NCBI GenBank assembly: GCA_965219845.1
Contig: CBDCOP010000007.1
Location: forward strand, 236,442-300,441
From: Dehalococcoidia bacterium
GTDB lineage: Bacteria; Chloroflexota; Dehalococcoidia; Lucifugimonadales; Australimonadaceae
Direction of reading: 5' to 3'
Length of the DNA stretch: 64,000 bases
The position numbers and the translations under genes were made by a program. The notes beneath the pieces were generated by a model. The model was not told the DNA's origin and did not search any database. It saw nothing but the letters and a program-made list of their open reading frames with translations. Shown piece by piece: positions 46,816-57,305 of this stretch. Position 1 is the stretch's first letter. Every line of letters begins with the position of its first letter.

Positions 46816-47889
46816 TTGCGAACAGCTGCCGTCCGCATAGTACTGACCTTCCTTGCGCTCGCGCTCGCGGCATGTGCCCAGGCGACGCCAACACCGTCGC
46901 CCACTCCAACTCCTGCGCCCACGTCCACTCCTACACCCACGGCGACGCCAATGCCCACGGCAACCGCAACACCGGCGCCAACGCCCACTCCTGCGCTCCC
47001 ATACCTGACGGAAGAGATTCCTCCGTGCACACCCGTCGCCGGCTCCTCGATTGACCCGTGCGAGTTCGATGCCGTCCCGCTTTACGCCGACTATGGGATT
47101 GAGTATTACCCTGACGAGGACGAGCCCGCAGACCTGCGGGAAGTGTTTACGAACGACTGGCCACTCTTTGCGCCCTACCTGGTGCTGCGCGGGACATACC
47201 TCCCCGACACGTGGCGCTGTACAGCAGGCGATCGTTACCGTCCGCCGCCTTACCTGAGTGAGGAAGACCGGGCGTATTTCGAGGATTCCCGTGCGTTCAA
47301 ATGCTATGTCGATGTGCGAGTGAATGCATATATCGTAGGTGAAGGCCCGCCCAACTTGACGGTCCTGAGGATGGGGCTCGAGTACCGGGACGACTGGTTC
47401 TCGGAGCCGGGTTTAGATAGAGACGAGGCTATAGAGGAGATGAGGCAGCATTTCGAAACCTTTGACGACGATCGATACGGCGGGATCGACGACATCCTCC
47501 TGGGGAAAGAGGACATCCTGTTCCTTGGGACACCGCGTGACTTTTCCGCTGAAGTATGGCAATTCCTTGGGTCCTGGGGCGTGGAGCAGCGGCAAGATGG
47601 CGTGGTGGTCGCTACCCATCCTGCCAAACCACTGTGGAAGCAATACAGACTCGATGAGTATGAGACATTCCTCTCCGTGTTCGAGGTGGAATTGGATGCC
47701 TTCGCGCAAACGGTAGTTGAAGTCAATCACGCCCGCGTCAGCGAATACGGCGGTCGCATCGGCGCGGACGCCGGTCTCCCGATGCTGCTCACCGACGCAC
47801 ACCAGTTGCGCCCGTTCTTCATCGAGATGGGGGCGTACGACCACCCCGACGGCCCGCCCAGGCAGCCTCCGCCCGTACCGGCACCGTAG
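46816..47889 (+). CDS. Hypothetical lipoprotein with PT-rich linker
   Basis: Lipobox LAAC, PT repeats, lower-GC central part. Confidence 0.8.
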   Translation: MRTAAVRIVLTFLALALAACAQATPTPSPTPTPAPTSTPTPTATPMPTATATPAPTPTPALPYLTEEIPPCTPVAGSSIDPCEFDAVPLYADYGIEYYPDEDEPADLREVFTNDWPLFAPYLVLRGTYLPDTWRCTAGDRYRPPPYLSEEDRAYFEDSRAFKCYVDVRVNAYIVGEGPPNLTVLRMGLEYRDDWFSEPGLDRDEAIEEMRQHFETFDDDRYGGIDDILLGKEDILFLGTPRDFSAEVWQFLGSWGVEQRQDGVVVATHPAKPLWKQYRLDEYETFLSVFEVELDAFAQTVVEVNHARVSEYGGRIGADAGLPMLLTDAHQLRPFFIEMGAYDHPDGPPRQPPPVPAP

Positions 47890-47922
47890 TAGCCATCCCG
47901 CCTGTCATTCCCCCGGAAACGG

Positions 47923-48198
47923 TGGGTGCTGCAGACTTACGGCCACACGCCCGGACACCAGAGCCTGCTCGTGGAGTTGCCCGACTCCGGGACGATGATC
48001 TTCAGCGGCGACGCCATCCACGTCTGGGAGAACGCGGAGAAGGAGCGCCCCTTCAACGGCTTCTACAACCTCCAGGACGCTTACGAGTCCATCCGCCGCC
48101 TCAAGATGCTCGCCGCCGTCACCAGGGGCACGCTCGTCCCCAGCCACGACCCCGCCCTCTGGGAAGCGTTCAACCCTGCGCCGTATAGGTATACGTAG
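47923..48198 (+). pseudogene. Duplicated 3' third of the lactonase gene
   Basis: Near-identical to 46231-46503; lacks the HxHxDH motif. Confidence 0.85.
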
Positions 48199-48455
48199 GG
48201 GAAACGTACATCGATGGACAGGATTTACAGGATAGGGTGAGCACGGCCATTCGCGGTGAGCCTGTCGAACCACGTTCCTGCGGAGGCAGGAACCTCGCAG
48301 CCCGGTGCCCCCTTTCCCACCGCGTACGCTGTTCCCCGAGGGACGAACCGGCGGCGCAGTGAACTGACTACGACTGTGCTACGCTCTCACCTGTACGCTG
48401 GCCGAAGGAACGCTTCCTACAAACCCCCGCCATCCGGCCCTGAACGGAGGGAACG

Positions 48456-49025
48456 ATGTTCTTAGTCTTCGGCCCATTCTATGTTCTCTTCCTTCTCGCC
48501 GGTTGGATTGCCCTCGGGTTGGCTTGGGCTCCATTCGCGGCCTTCATCTCGATGCGAAAAGCACGTCGGTTTGGGCTTAACCCGCTGAAGTTCGCAGCAC
48601 TCGCGTTCCTGCTCTCGTTGTTCTTCATATTCCCGTGGTTGTATCTCAACGATGCCTTGAATGGCACAAAACCAAATGAACTTCGCAAGTCTCTGGCCGA
48701 CGGAGTGGAGCCCTGCTCACTGTTCGTCCTCTATGCAACCTGGTTGCTCGGGCCGATTGCTTTGATGGGAGTATTGATCATGGTTACAGCGTCACCGCCG
48801 CCTTCATTCGTTGATGACCAGACATCGGGACCGTTAGCGCCGGTGCTGCTGATCGTGTTCTTGCTGATGTGGGTCGGTTCATTGATGCATTTCACGACTC
48901 GCGAACCTGGACATCGGAAGCAAGTAAATCTCGTCTATCTTGCGCCAGACTACATCCGTATCATGCCGTACGTGTACGCCTTCGTATGCTTTGTCGTCGC
49001 GTACGTGTGCCTGCCGTTGCTCTAA
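48456..49025 (+). CDS. Hypothetical membrane protein (lower GC)
   Basis: GGAGG SD, 4-5 hydrophobic segments. Confidence 0.7.
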   Translation: MFLVFGPFYVLFLLAGWIALGLAWAPFAAFISMRKARRFGLNPLKFAALAFLLSLFFIFPWLYLNDALNGTKPNELRKSLADGVEPCSLFVLYATWLLGPIALMGVLIMVTASPPPSFVDDQTSGPLAPVLLIVFLLMWVGSLMHFTTREPGHRKQVNLVYLAPDYIRIMPYVYAFVCFVVAYVCLPLL

Positions 49026-49455
49026 GCGCCCCCCACGTGTGACACCCGCCCCTTACCCCATCGCCCCCTGTCCGCGTACGCTGTCTGTGTGACCGGCGGC
49101 GCGTCCGGCGCGGGACTGTTCAGCGAGCGCGCAGAGGGTTGGCCGGAATGGGCTGTAATGGACCGCAAATGACCTGGGATGGACCGCGGATGGGCCGTTT
49201 GGGACCTCTCAATGGCCCGTCTGCCACCCCGTTTTCAGAGGTGATTCCGGGCAGATGAGCCGAAATGGACCGCTGTTCCCCCCCTGACTTCCCTCGCCCT
49301 CCCCATGGAAAGCCGGCCGGCATGGTTCGACAAGCTCACCACGAACCCCATGCCCCCCATCCTGTCCATCCTGTGCATCCCCGTTGATTCCCGTCCGGGG
49401 CGCCCCCGGCAACGCAGGCTATAATCGTCAGGCGTATCCACTCGGAGGAGTCCTC

Positions 49456-51156
49456 ATGGCAACCAACCCGCTCAAGAAGCACTCAGCAGAGATGACCGAC
49501 GGCCCGTCCCGCGCTCCGGCGCGCGCGATGCTCAAGGCCATCGGCTTCACCGACGACGACCTCGCCAAGCCCCTCATCGGCGTCGCCACGACGTGGATCG
49601 AGACGATGCCGTGCAACTACAACCAGCGCGAGCTCGCCCAGTACGTGAAGGAAGGCATCCGGGAGGCCGGAGGCACGCCCATGGAGTTCAACACGATCTC
49701 CGTCTCCGACGGCGTCGCGATGGGCACCGAGGGCATGCGCGGCTCGCTCGTCAGCCGCGAGGTCATCGCCGACTCCATCGAGACGGTCGCGCGGGGCCAC
49801 TCGTTCGACGGCCTCGTTGTGCTCGTCGGCTGCGACAAGACGCTCCCAGCGGGCGCGATGGCGCTCGCGCGGCTCAACCTGCCGGGCCTCGCCTTCTACA
49901 ACGGCTCCATCTCGCCGGGCAGGCTGGACGGCAAGGACATCACCATCCTGGACGTGTTCGAGGCCGTCGGCGCGCACGGCGCGGGACGCATCGACGACGC
50001 CCGCCTCAAGGCGGTGGAGGACGCGGCCTGCCCCGGCGCGGGCGCGTGCGGCGGCCAGTTCACCGCCAACACGATGGCGATGGCGCTGGAGTTCCTCGGC
50101 ATAAGCCCCGCAGGCGCGAATGCCGTCCCTGCCGTCTTCAGCGCGAAGGCCGAGGCCGCGCGGAACGCGGGCAGGCTCGCAATGGACCTGCTCCGCAGCG
50201 GCACGATGCCCTGCGACATCATGACGCGCGAGGCGTTCGAGAACGCCATCGCGGGCGTCGCCGCGACCGCAGGCTCGACGAACGCGGTGCTCCACCTTCT
50301 CGCGATAGCGCGCGAGGCGGGCGTCCCGCTGTCCATCGACGACTTCGACGAGATAGCGTGGCGCACGCCCATCGTCGCGAGTATGAAGCCGGGCGGCGCG
50401 TACGTCGCGGAAGACCTCTACAACGCGGGCGGCTACGGCCTCGTCTCGAAGGAGCTCGTCGGTGCGGAGCTGGCGCACGCTGGCGCGGCCAACGTGAGCG
50501 GCCAGAGCTTCGGCCAGATCGCGGCGGCTGCGGTCGCCGAACCCGGCCAGCAGGTCGTCGTCTCCGCCAATGAACCCATCAATCCGCATGGCGGCGTCGC
50601 CATCCTGCGCGGCAACCTCTCGCCCGACGGCTGCGTCGTCAAGCTCGCGGGACACGGTCGCAGGCTGCACCGCGGCCCCGCCCGGATCTTCGACCGCGAG
50701 GAGGACTGCTCCGCCGCCATCCGGGCCCGTGAGGTGAAGGACGGCGACGTGGTGGTCATCCGCTACGAGGGGCCGGTCGGCGGACCGGGCATGCGCGAGA
50801 TGCTGGCCGTCACCGCGGCCATCCAGGGCGCGGGGCTCGGCGACACCGTCGCGCTCATCACCGACGGACGCTTCTCCGGCGCGACGCACGGATTCATGGT
50901 GGGCCACATCACACCGGAGGCCGCGAAGGGCGGCCCGCTCGCCTTTCTGTGGGACGGCGACACCGTCGTGTTGGACGTCGAGCGCCGTGTGCTGGAGACC
51001 GAGACGCCGGACGAGGAGATTGCGCGACGCCGGGAGGGTTGGAGCGCTCCGCCGCCGCGCTACACGACCGGCGTCTTCGCAAAGTACGCGCGCAGCGTCG
51101 CCTCCGCCAGCGAAGGCGCCATCACCAGCCCCGGCCTCACCGGCAGCGTCTGGTAG
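49456..51156 (+). CDS. ilvD: Dihydroxy-acid dehydratase
   Basis: [40 protein letters not shown]. Confidence 0.96.
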   Translation: MATNPLKKHSAEMTDGPSRAPARAMLKAIGFTDDDLAKPLIGVATTWIETMPCNYNQRELAQYVKEGIREAGGTPMEFNTISVSDGVAMGTEGMRGSLVSREVIADSIETVARGHSFDGLVVLVGCDKTLPAGAMALARLNLPGLAFYNGSISPGRLDGKDITILDVFEAVGAHGAGRIDDARLKAVEDAACPGAGACGGQFTANTMAMALEFLGISPAGANAVPAVFSAKAEAARNAGRLAMDLLRSGTMPCDIMTREAFENAIAGVAATAGSTNAVLHLLAIAREAGVPLSIDDFDEIAWRTPIVASMKPGGAYVAEDLYNAGGYGLVSKELVGAELAHAGAANVSGQSFGQIAAAAVAEPGQQVVVSANEPINPHGGVAILRGNLSPDGCVVKLAGHGRRLHRGPARIFDREEDCSAAIRAREVKDGDVVVIRYEGPVGGPGMREMLAVTAAIQGAGLGDTVALITDGRFSGATHGFMVGHITPEAAKGGPLAFLWDGDTVVLDVERRVLETETPDEEIARRREGWSAPPPRYTTGVFAKYARSVASASEGAITSPGLTGSVW

Positions 51157-51444
51157 AAGACCCGCTCTCTCAGCGAGGGGACTCTTGCGTAACCGGTATT
51201 CTTACCGCCCCCGTCCGGCGCACACAGGGCCCTCACCCTAGCCCTCTCCCTCAGGAGAGGGGATCAGGCTCCCTGCCATGCCCTGGCAAGGGCACCCTCG
51301 CCGACTTACGCGAGGACGCCTTGAGGGGAAAGTGCGCCGCTGAGCGGCGGGGGTGAGGGTGCCCCCTTACGCCACGGAGGGCGGCGCGCCCGCCGTCACC
51401 CGCACGGACGGCCCGCCGCTCTCCTCCTCCTCGACGAACGCGGC

Positions 51445-52539
51445 CTACGCCGGGAGCACCCGGCAGTCGCCTGCGCTCATCGCCAGGAACACCCGATCGC
51501 CCCGAGCGATCGGCTGCGAGGCGTGCACGAACGCGCGGATGAGCGCGCCGCCAACGTCCACGCGGCAGTCCTGCGAGTCGCCGAGGAAGACGACGGTCTC
51601 GACCTCGCCCTCCAGCACGTTGTCGGCCTCGCGCCGCTCGGTGGAGACGCCGATGTTCGCAGCACGGATGGCGACCGCCGCGCTGTCGCCCGGTCCTAGC
51701 GTCTCGACCGCGGCGCAGGAGAGCGTCCCCTGCGGCGTCTCGACGCGCATCACGTCGCCGTCGCGGGAAGCCACCGTCCCCTCGAGGAGGTTCGTCATGC
51801 CGATGAACTCCGCCGTGAACCGCGAGTTCGGGTCGTCGTAGATGTCCTTCGGCCCGCCGAGCTGGACGATCTCGCCGTCCCGCATCACGGCTATCTTGTC
51901 GGAGAGCGTCAACGCCTCCAACTGGTCGTGCGTCACGAAGAGGGTCGTGATGTTCAGCCGCTCGGTGATCGCCTTCAGCTCGACGCGCATGTCGTCGCGG
52001 AGCTTCGCATCGAGGTTGGAGAGCGGTTCGTCGAGCAGGAGCGCCTTCGGCTGTCGCACGAGCGCACGGGCGAGCGCAAGCCGCTGCTGCTGGCCGCCGC
52101 TCAACTGCGGCGCGGGGCGCCGCTCCAGCCCGTCCAACCGGACGAGGCCCAGGGCCTCCATGACTCGCTCACGCACCTGGGCCTTCGGCAGCTTGCCCCT
52201 GCCATGCGAGATGGGGAATGCGACGTTGTCGTACACGTCCATGTGCGGCCAGATGGCGTACGACTGGAACACCATGCAGGCGGGACGCCCGTGCGCGGGG
52301 ACGTGCTGGCCGCTGCGGGAGAGTACGACGAGGCCGTCTATCACGATCTCGCCACCGTCCGCCTTCTCCAGCCCGGCGATGCACCGGAGCGTCGTGGACT
52401 TGCCGCAGCCGGACGGACCGAGGAGCGTGAAGAATTCGCCCTGCTCCACCTCGAACGACACGCCCCGCAGGGCCTGCACCGACCCCTCGACCGTGGCGTA
52501 CCGCTTCTCCAGGTCCTCGACTCGTACCGCTACAGGCAT
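51445..52539 (-). CDS. ABC transporter ATP-binding protein
   Basis: GPSGCGKST, LSGGQQQR, TOBE-like C-terminus. Confidence 0.93.
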   Translation of the reverse strand: MPVAVRVEDLEKRYATVEGSVQALRGVSFEVEQGEFFTLLGPSGCGKSTTLRCIAGLEKADGGEIVIDGLVVLSRSGQHVPAHGRPACMVFQSYAIWPHMDVYDNVAFPISHGRGKLPKAQVRERVMEALGLVRLDGLERRPAPQLSGGQQQRLALARALVRQPKALLLDEPLSNLDAKLRDDMRVELKAITERLNITTLFVTHDQLEALTLSDKIAVMRDGEIVQLGGPKDIYDDPNSRFTAEFIGMTNLLEGTVASRDGDVMRVETPQGTLSCAAVETLGPGDSAAVAIRAANIGVSTERREADNVLEGEVETVVFLGDSQDCRVDVGGALIRAFVHASQPIARGDRVFLAMSAGDCRVLPA

Positions 52540-52587
52540 GTGGAGACGACCCGATGCACTGCTGACGAAACGCTGTCCGGCGCTGCG

Positions 52588-53760
52588 CTATCCGGCGTCA
52601 GCGGTTTCGGTGTGCGTCCAGTCGGACGACCAGACGCTGTGGCCGTCAGGACGCAGCGTGAGTGTCACCTTGTTGCCTTCGGAGGCAGGAGAGTGGCGCT
52701 CGCCGAAGACCTGCAGCGTCCCCTGGCCGTCCACCTCCACCTGGTACTCGAAACGCTCGCCGGTGAAGAGGGCCGCGGTGACTACCCCGCCGATGGCCCC
52801 GGGCGGAACCTCGTTGCCGGACATCGGCTGGACAACGATGTCCTCGGGGCGGATGGCGGTGTAGACGTTCTGGCCCGTCGAGAGCCCGTCCGGGTTGTAT
52901 GAGCGCCCGAATATGACGCAGTCCGGGCCTCCACCGATGGCCACGGAGACCTGTCCCGAGGGATTGCTGCTCTGCACCGTGCCCCGCAGCAGGACGGTCT
53001 TGCCTATGAAGTCGCGGACGAACTCGTTGGCGGGCTCCTCGTAGAGCAGCTGCGGTGGGCCCTGCTGTTGCATCTCACCAAGGTTCATGAGCGCGATGCG
53101 GTTGGAGAGGCTGAGCGCCTCGATCTGGTCGTGCGTAACGAACAGGACCGCGATGTTGAGCCGCTTCTGCAGCAGCTTCAACTCGATGCGCATCTGCTCG
53201 CGGAGCTTCGCGTCCAGGTTGCTGAACGGCTCGTCGAGGAGCAGCACCTTGGGTTCGATGACGAGCGCACGGGCGAGGGCGACGCGCTGCTGCTGGCCGC
53301 CGCTGAGCAGCGGCGCGGGGCGTTTCTGCAGGCCGGGCAGGTTCACGAGGTCCAGCACGTGCGCCACTCGCTCGCGTATCTCTGGGCGCTTCATGTGACG
53401 CGTCGCGAGCGGGAACGCCACGTTCTCCTCGACCGTCATGTGCGGCCAGATGGCGTAGGACTGGAAGACCATGCCGAGGTCGCGCTTGTCCGGCGGCAGC
53501 CGGAGCCGCTTGCTGGTGACAACCACTTCGCGACCGCCGAAGTAGATGTCGCCCTCGTCGGGCACTTCGAGGCCGGCAACCATGCGGAGCGTCGTCGTCT
53601 TCCCGCAACCGGATGGGCCAAGGAGGGTGTAGACCTCGCCATCCTCCACGTCGAGCGAGAGTTCATTCACCGCCCGTACCTGCGCGCCGGGGTACGTCTT
53701 CGAGAGCCCCTCGAGCTTTACCGCTGCGTTCCGTACGGTTGTTGCGCTGGCTGTCGTCAT
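52588..53760 (-). CDS. ABC transporter ATP-binding protein (paralog of 2-985)
   Basis: GPSGCGKTT, LSGGQQQR; shares SNPSGQV with the first gene. Confidence 0.93.
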   Translation of the reverse strand: MTTASATTVRNAAVKLEGLSKTYPGAQVRAVNELSLDVEDGEVYTLLGPSGCGKTTTLRMVAGLEVPDEGDIYFGGREVVVTSKRLRLPPDKRDLGMVFQSYAIWPHMTVEENVAFPLATRHMKRPEIRERVAHVLDLVNLPGLQKRPAPLLSGGQQQRVALARALVIEPKVLLLDEPFSNLDAKLREQMRIELKLLQKRLNIAVLFVTHDQIEALSLSNRIALMNLGEMQQQGPPQLLYEEPANEFVRDFIGKTVLLRGTVQSSNPSGQVSVAIGGGPDCVIFGRSYNPDGLSTGQNVYTAIRPEDIVVQPMSGNEVPPGAIGGVVTAALFTGERFEYQVEVDGQGTLQVFGERHSPASEGNKVTLTLRPDGHSVWSSDWTHTETADAG

Positions 53761-53979
53761 GGCTCTTACCTCAGGTTGAAATACAGGGCAACCGATGTAG
53801 CCCGCCCGTCTCCCCCACTGAGCGGACATCACACGCCCGTCCGTACAGCAAAGTGGCGTTCACGCTACCCGCATGCGGTACGAACGTCAAGCGCAGACTC
53901 CTCTAACAGCGTAGAAGGAGGATATCTGCACCGAAACACGGCGTTATTCGTCACGGATGCGCGACGTATCGGTGCGGCT

Positions 53980-54077
53980 TGGCGGGAGTGCGAGGGAGTC
54001 GAACCCTCCCCGAACCAGGAAGCTGGCCCGGCAACGGTTTTGAAGACCGCGAGACCCACCGGGACCCATCCACTCCC
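53980..54077 (-). tRNA. selC: tRNA-Sec (anticodon UCA)
   Basis: 6-bp D stem with CGGU loop, CUUCAAA anticodon loop, 9-bp variable arm, GTTCGA T-loop, GCCA 3' end. Confidence 0.95.
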
Positions 54078-54215
54078 GCGAATCCGGAAGCGCCGCGCGC
54101 AGTACAAGACTACGTAACCGCGCGGAGGACGCATCCCTGCGAGTTAAGCGCAGAAGGCGGCGCCCCTTGCGGGAAGAGGCGCCGCCCCGTGTGCTCGATC
54201 CTATGGAGGAGAGGC

Positions 54216-54545
54216 CTACGCCTCGAGCACCTTGTCTATCTTCTTCTTGAGGACTGCCTTCGGCACCGCGCCGATGACGTTCTCCGCCACCTTGCCGTCC
54301 TTGAACAGGAGCAGCGCCGGGATGCTGCGGATGCCGAACTGCATCGCCGTCTGGGGGTTGGCGTCCACGTCCAGCTTGGCGAACGCGAAGCGGCCCTCGT
54401 ACTCGTCGGCCAGTTCCTCCACCACGGGCGCGATCATCTTGCAGGGGCCGCACCAGTCAGCCCAGAAGTCGACCAGTACAGGCTGGTCGCTCTCGAGGAC
54501 GGTCGACGCGAAGTCAGCATCGCTAACGGGCTGGGGCTTTGCCAT
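54216..54545 (-). CDS. trxA: Thioredoxin
   Basis: WCGPC, SIP motif; GGAGG SD; hairpin downstream near 54157-54187. Confidence 0.97.
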   Translation of the reverse strand: MAKPQPVSDADFASTVLESDQPVLVDFWADWCGPCKMIAPVVEELADEYEGRFAFAKLDVDANPQTAMQFGIRSIPALLLFKDGKVAENVIGAVPKAVLKKKIDKVLEA

Positions 54546-54643
54546 CTCAGGACCTCCGTTCACTTGCGCCAGGGCGTGAGCGCCCATGTGCGTCCAGACT
54601 GGGTTTCTCATCCATCGCCCAGTATAACCCAATCCACAACCGC

Positions 54644-56257
54644 TCATCCCGTTTCGACGTCCGCAACGCTCACCAGCGCCCAGAGGTCGCCCGACCCCAT
54701 CGGCATGCGGGGCACGAATCCCTCGACGCGCTCGCTGAAAGCCCACCGCTCCGCTGCGCCCGCGGCCATGAAGAAGAGCGCCTCGCTCAGCATCTCCCGC
54801 TGTATGTCGCGCGCCAGTTCCGCGCGAGCCGCGCCATCTGTTTCCGCCGACTGCCGCTCGATGAGGGTATCGAGCGGCGCGGCTCCGCCCGTCACGTTGA
54901 ACGCTCCCTCGGAATGCACGAGGCCAAGCAGGAAAGCATTCGGCGTATCGGTGGGCGGCACCGGGCCGACGAACGCATCGAAGTCCCGCTCCTCCCACAC
55001 CTGGCGAAGATATGCGGCGCGGCTGAGCACCTCGACCGTAACGTCCAACCCCGCCTCCTCCAGTTGCTTAGCGAGCAGCCGCCCGTGCTCTACGTACGTC
55101 TCCCCGAAGTTGGCGACGGTGACCGTGACCGACCCCCCCGAACCGGCGTTGAGCGCAGCCCGTGCCTGCGCCGCGTCGCCGAAGGCGGCCTCCACTTCCT
55201 CTCGCGGGATGGCCCACGTGCCGTCGGCGAGCGGCAGTCCGGTCGAGACCCAACCGATGCCGAACGTCTGGCGCAGCGCAGCCTCCGGGGAGAGGGCCAG
55301 GAACGCCGCGCGACGCGCAGCCCGATCGTTGAACGGAGGCCGCGACGCGTTCAGGCCGAACAACACGCCTCTGCCGGAGCGCAGCACCACCTCAGACGAG
55401 AACCCCTCTGCTTCGAGTGCGGGCCAATCGGACTCGGACACCTGGGCAAGGTCCACGCGGCCCTGCCGGAGCAGGCGCGGCATCAACGCCTGGTTCGAAG
55501 CCGGATGGAACACGATGCGCTCGACCTTCGTCCCCGTGCTGTGGCCGTCCCACGCAGTGAGCGTCACCTGGCCGGTGCGACCCCGTTCGTACAGCCAGGG
55601 GCCTGCTCCAGGCGCGCCGCTCCGGCGGACGTCGACGCCGTCCAGCGAGTCCGGCGCGAGTATCACCGCATACGGACTCGCCAGCTTGATAGGCAGGTCC
55701 GGGTCCGGATGCCGCAGGTTGAACCGGACGACGTCCTCGCTCACCGATTCGAGGCTTTGGACGGAGTCGAGCAGGGATCTGTGCGGCAGGCCGGACATCC
55801 GCAGCCGGTCCATGCTGAACACCACGTCCTGCGGGGTTACCGGCCTCGATTCGAAACCCTCGGCGGGCTGCCAGCTCGCCCCCCGGCTCAGCCGGAAGTC
55901 GACGGTCAGGTCGTCCACGAACCGCCATGACTCGCATAGAGCGCATTCCACACCCAGCGTGGGTGGTCCGCCCGCTTCAACAACGAACCGCATGAGCCGT
56001 CCGTGGCTGGGGCCGGGACCGAACAGCGACGCCCACTCGGAGATCATCGCGTGCATGTCCTTGTGCGGCGCCGCGCCCGTGACGCCCACACGGAGTGTGC
56101 CTTCGGGCGGCGGAAGAGGCGCCGGCTCGACAGTGGGCGTTGCCGCCGGTTCCGGCGTGGGCGTAGGCGTGGGGTCGCCGCAGGCGGTGAGGCCCGCTAC
56201 CAGCAATACTACTGCGGCGGAGAGCACTGCTCCCCGTATGCTGAGGTGGATACGCAA
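54644..56257 (-). CDS. ABC substrate-binding lipoprotein, family 5 (peptide/nickel)
   Basis: Lipobox LTAC, L.ESW, VT..DVVFS..R, GAGPW; TTG start assumed. Confidence 0.85.
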   Translation of the reverse strand: MRIHLSIRGAVLSAAVVLLVAGLTACGDPTPTPTPEPAATPTVEPAPLPPPEGTLRVGVTGAAPHKDMHAMISEWASLFGPGPSHGRLMRFVVEAGGPPTLGVECALCESWRFVDDLTVDFRLSRGASWQPAEGFESRPVTPQDVVFSMDRLRMSGLPHRSLLDSVQSLESVSEDVVRFNLRHPDPDLPIKLASPYAVILAPDSLDGVDVRRSGAPGAGPWLYERGRTGQVTLTAWDGHSTGTKVERIVFHPASNQALMPRLLRQGRVDLAQVSESDWPALEAEGFSSEVVLRSGRGVLFGLNASRPPFNDRAARRAAFLALSPEAALRQTFGIGWVSTGLPLADGTWAIPREEVEAAFGDAAQARAALNAGSGGSVTVTVANFGETYVEHGRLLAKQLEEAGLDVTVEVLSRAAYLRQVWEERDFDAFVGPVPPTDTPNAFLLGLVHSEGAFNVTGGAAPLDTLIERQSAETDGAARAELARDIQREMLSEALFFMAAGAAERWAFSERVEGFVPRMPMGSGDLWALVSVADVETG

Positions 56258-56259
56258 CG

Positions 56260-57255
56260 CTACTCGCCTGACGCGCCCCGTGGCGCGTTGGACGGGTTGC
56301 GCATCGTTCCCAGGCTCATCCTGCCGGTCATGAAGAGGGCGATGGCCGTCGGCGGCAGCACGATCAGCAGATGCATCATGAGCGCGAAGTTGAGCGCCGC
56401 CGCCTGTTCCGTCCCGGACTCGGTGAGCATCGTCACGACGGCGAAGTGGTACGTCCCCACGCCGGACGGCACGGACGGAACGGCGGACGTAAAGAAGGTC
56501 GCGGCCACCAGGATGGTCGCGATCGTCACGGGATGTACGTCCATGCCCAGCCCGAGCCCCAGCACCCATCCGGCGACGCCCAGAAGCATCCAGTGGACGA
56601 TGTTGACGCCCAGGGAGAGCCACAGCCGCGCGGGCTCCTCCTTGAGCGCCGTGAACCCCTGGACGATGCGCTGCAAGAAAGCGAACCTGTTCTGCCACGG
56701 CACCGCGCCGCGCACGACGGCGACGAGTATCAGAGCGCTGACGATGAACATGATGATCGCGCCGAAGAGCTGAATGTTTGCGTTGCTTGCGCGGACGCCC
56801 GGGCTGAGGATGACGCCGAGCCCCATCATCAGGGCGGTCGCAAAGATGTCCAGCACGTTCTCCCCCACCAGCGTCGCGAACGCCTGGGGGAACGGCACGC
56901 CGTAGCGGCGGTTGATCATCGCCAGCTGCACCGGCTCGCTCACCATCCGCACGGGCGACAGGTTGTTCAGACCGAGGCCGGTGTTCTGCGTCAGCAACAC
57001 CTGGAGGAATGAGACGCGCTCCCGGTGCAGCAGCACGTGCCAGCGCGACGCACGGAGTGCGATAGCCGCCGCCAGCGGGACGAACGAGAGGAGCGCGAGT
57101 GCGGGCGGAAACGCGAGGAACGCGTCCGCCACTTCCTTCCAGACGATGTTGTGGGCCGCGAGATAAGCGAGCGAGCCGCTGGCGACAACGCCGAACGCGG
57201 CCTGCATCCACTTGTTCCTGAGGAGTCGCAATGCTGGCTGTGCCCACGAAGGCAT
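56260..57255 (-). CDS. Lysylphosphatidylglycerol synthase TM / flippase-like protein (paralog 2)
   Basis: LRASRW, NNLSPVR, PSGVGTY. Confidence 0.85.
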   Translation of the reverse strand: MPSWAQPALRLLRNKWMQAAFGVVASGSLAYLAAHNIVWKEVADAFLAFPPALALLSFVPLAAAIALRASRWHVLLHRERVSFLQVLLTQNTGLGLNNLSPVRMVSEPVQLAMINRRYGVPFPQAFATLVGENVLDIFATALMMGLGVILSPGVRASNANIQLFGAIIMFIVSALILVAVVRGAVPWQNRFAFLQRIVQGFTALKEEPARLWLSLGVNIVHWMLLGVAGWVLGLGLGMDVHPVTIATILVAATFFTSAVPSVPSGVGTYHFAVVTMLTESGTEQAAALNFALMMHLLIVLPPTAIALFMTGRMSLGTMRNPSNAPRGASGE

Positions 57256-57305
57256 GAAGACCGCAATCCTCCCTCAGTCTTCCTTCCATCGTCTACAATC
57301 CGGCC

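Noticed and set aside
46880-46996. Short-period repeats in the lipoprotein gene
   Set aside because: They encode an ordinary Pro-Thr linker (6-nt codon periodicity).
53761-54100. Integrative element at tRNA-Sec
   Set aside because: No integrase and no duplicated tRNA 3' end were seen in the window.
54216-54545. Thioredoxin as a selenoprotein because it neighbours selC
   Set aside because: The active site is ordinary WCGPC with no in-frame TGA.
53979-56333. Long alternative-frame ORFs (e.g. 784 aa here; also 2425-4113 and 60338-62383)
   Set aside because: Shadow ORFs typical of high-GC DNA that overlap well-supported genes and lack motifs.
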